Assembly: GCF_013365475.1 (NCBI RefSeq)
Contig: NZ_CP046579.1
Coordinates: 780,001-812,000 of the forward strand
DNA length: 32,000 bases
Source of the DNA: Candidatus Saccharimonadota bacterium
GTDB taxonomy: Bacteria; Pseudomonadota; Alphaproteobacteria; Rickettsiales; Anaplasmataceae
Direction of reading: 5' to 3'
Shown here one piece after another: positions 31,048-32,000 of the stretch; the first letter of the stretch is position 1, and each line of letters begins with the position of its first letter. The position numbers were made by a program, and so were the translations under genes. The notes under the pieces are model-generated. The model had not been told where the DNA came from and made no database searches. It was given only the letters and a program-made list of their open reading frames with translations.

Positions 31048-31077
31048 TTGACTCTGTTTAGAGATTTTATGTACCAT
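31048..31077 (+). promoter_or_regulatory. Putative promoter of the rplM-rpsI operon
   Basis: TTGACT (31048-31053), 18 nt spacer, TACCAT (31072-31077), about 46 nt upstream of the rplM ATG. This is a sequence match only. Confidence 0.25.
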
Positions 31078-31123
31078 ATACCATACAATATGATTGATAC
31101 TTTATATACATTGTTAAATTAAT

Positions 31124-31582
31124 ATGAAGACTTTTTTTTTGAAAGAAAGGCAAATTAACAAAAGGTGGCTTATCATAGATGCAGATGGGTTAACAGTAGG
31201 AAGACTTGCAGCGTTTGTAGCAACTCTGCTGCGTGGGAAGCATAAGCCTGAGTATACACCTCATATGGATTGTGGTGATAATGTAGTTATCATCAATGCA
31301 AGAAAAGTCCATTTCACTGGAAAGAAATTTAAAGAGAAGATTTACTATAAATATACAGGATACCCTGGTGGGTTAAAAGAAACTACTCCAAATAGTATTC
31401 TGAATAGCAAATTTCCTGAGCGTATAATGGAGGCAGCGGTGAAAAGGATGCTTGATGATGGCCCTATGGCACGTAAGCGCTTTAAAAATTTATATATCTA
31501 TCCTGGTCCAGAACACAAGCACCAAGGACAGAAACCTGAAAAGGTAGATTTTGCTTCTTTAAATCGAAAGAATAAAAAATAG
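31124..31582 (+). CDS. rplM: 50S ribosomal protein L13
   Basis: 152 aa. [45 protein letters not shown]. Confidence 0.97.
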   Translation: MKTFFLKERQINKRWLIIDADGLTVGRLAAFVATLLRGKHKPEYTPHMDCGDNVVIINARKVHFTGKKFKEKIYYKYTGYPGGLKETTPNSILNSKFPERIMEAAVKRMLDDGPMARKRFKNLYIYPGPEHKHQGQKPEKVDFASLNRKNKK

Positions 31583-31593
31583 TGGAGTCAAAG

Positions 31594-32000
31594 ATGAGAA
31601 ATTCTGTAACAAGTCAATCAGAAGGAGTAATTAATCCAGTAATCGATTCATTGGGTCGTTCATATGCTACAGGCCGAAGGAAAGAATCTGTAGCGAGGGT
31701 ATGGATAAAGTCAGGGAGTGGAGATTTTATTGTTAATCAGAAAGATAAGCTATTCTCTTATTTTAAGAGAGAATCCATATGCCAAATAGCAAAAATGCCA
31801 CTTATTGTGGCTGCTGTGTTGGATAGGTATGATATATTTGCAACTGTGAAAGGTGGAGGACTATCTAGCCAAGCTGGTGCTTTAGCTCACGGAATAAGCA
31901 GAGCTTTAAGTAAAATAAGCCAAGACTTACGTTCCATATTACGTAGTAAAGGGTTCTTGACACGAGATTCACGTGTTGTTGAGCGTAAAAAATATGGTCA
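31594..32000 (+). CDS. rpsI: 30S ribosomal protein S9 (3' end truncated by the window edge)
   Basis: ATG at 31594 preceded by AGTGGAG. My own translation gives [17 protein letters not shown]...[20 protein letters not shown]...[14 protein letters not shown] and is open to the window end. It is absent from the ORF track because no stop codon falls within the window. Confidence 0.93.
   Translation, partial: MRNSVTSQSEGVINPVIDSLGRSYATGRRKESVARVWIKSGSGDFIVNQKDKLFSYFKRESICQIAKMPLIVAAVLDRYDIFATVKGGGLSSQAGALAHGISRALSKISQDLRSILRSKGFLTRDSRVVERKKYG

Overview
This is a very AT-rich, gene-sparse window typical of an obligate intracellular alphaproteobacterium. By inference from gene content and architecture it is Rickettsiales/Anaplasmataceae, and Ehrlichia-like in its unusually long spacers. 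I call 24 protein genes, almost all housekeeping: leuS, a degenerate LytM/M23 protein, dsbB, der, def, a family-4 UDG, guaB, rlmE, ccmB, dksA, gmk, ppa, coq7, an NPD-family flavoprotein, coaE, rnd, nuoH, nuoG, tolC, rplM and partial rpsI, plus the two repeat-protein genes described below and one small hypothetical ORF. There are four tRNA genes (Thr-UGU, Ser-GCU and two Asn-GUU). By my own calls only about 70% of the window is coding. No CRISPR array, transposase, integrase or recognisable defence system is visible.

The most interesting items are:
- A translationally coupled two-gene operon for a signal-peptide ankyrin-repeat protein and a signal-peptide protein made of 63 uninterrupted pentapeptide repeats. 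This is a candidate host-interaction module.
- A heavily decayed ftsA pseudogene hidden in a 2.4 kb spacer.
- A 370-bp-period duplication carrying two tRNA-Asn genes whose only three differences all fall inside the tRNA.
- An rlmE gene whose conserved N-terminus is cut off from its ATG by a frameshift in an A5 run.
- A LytM protein that has lost all of its catalytic residues.
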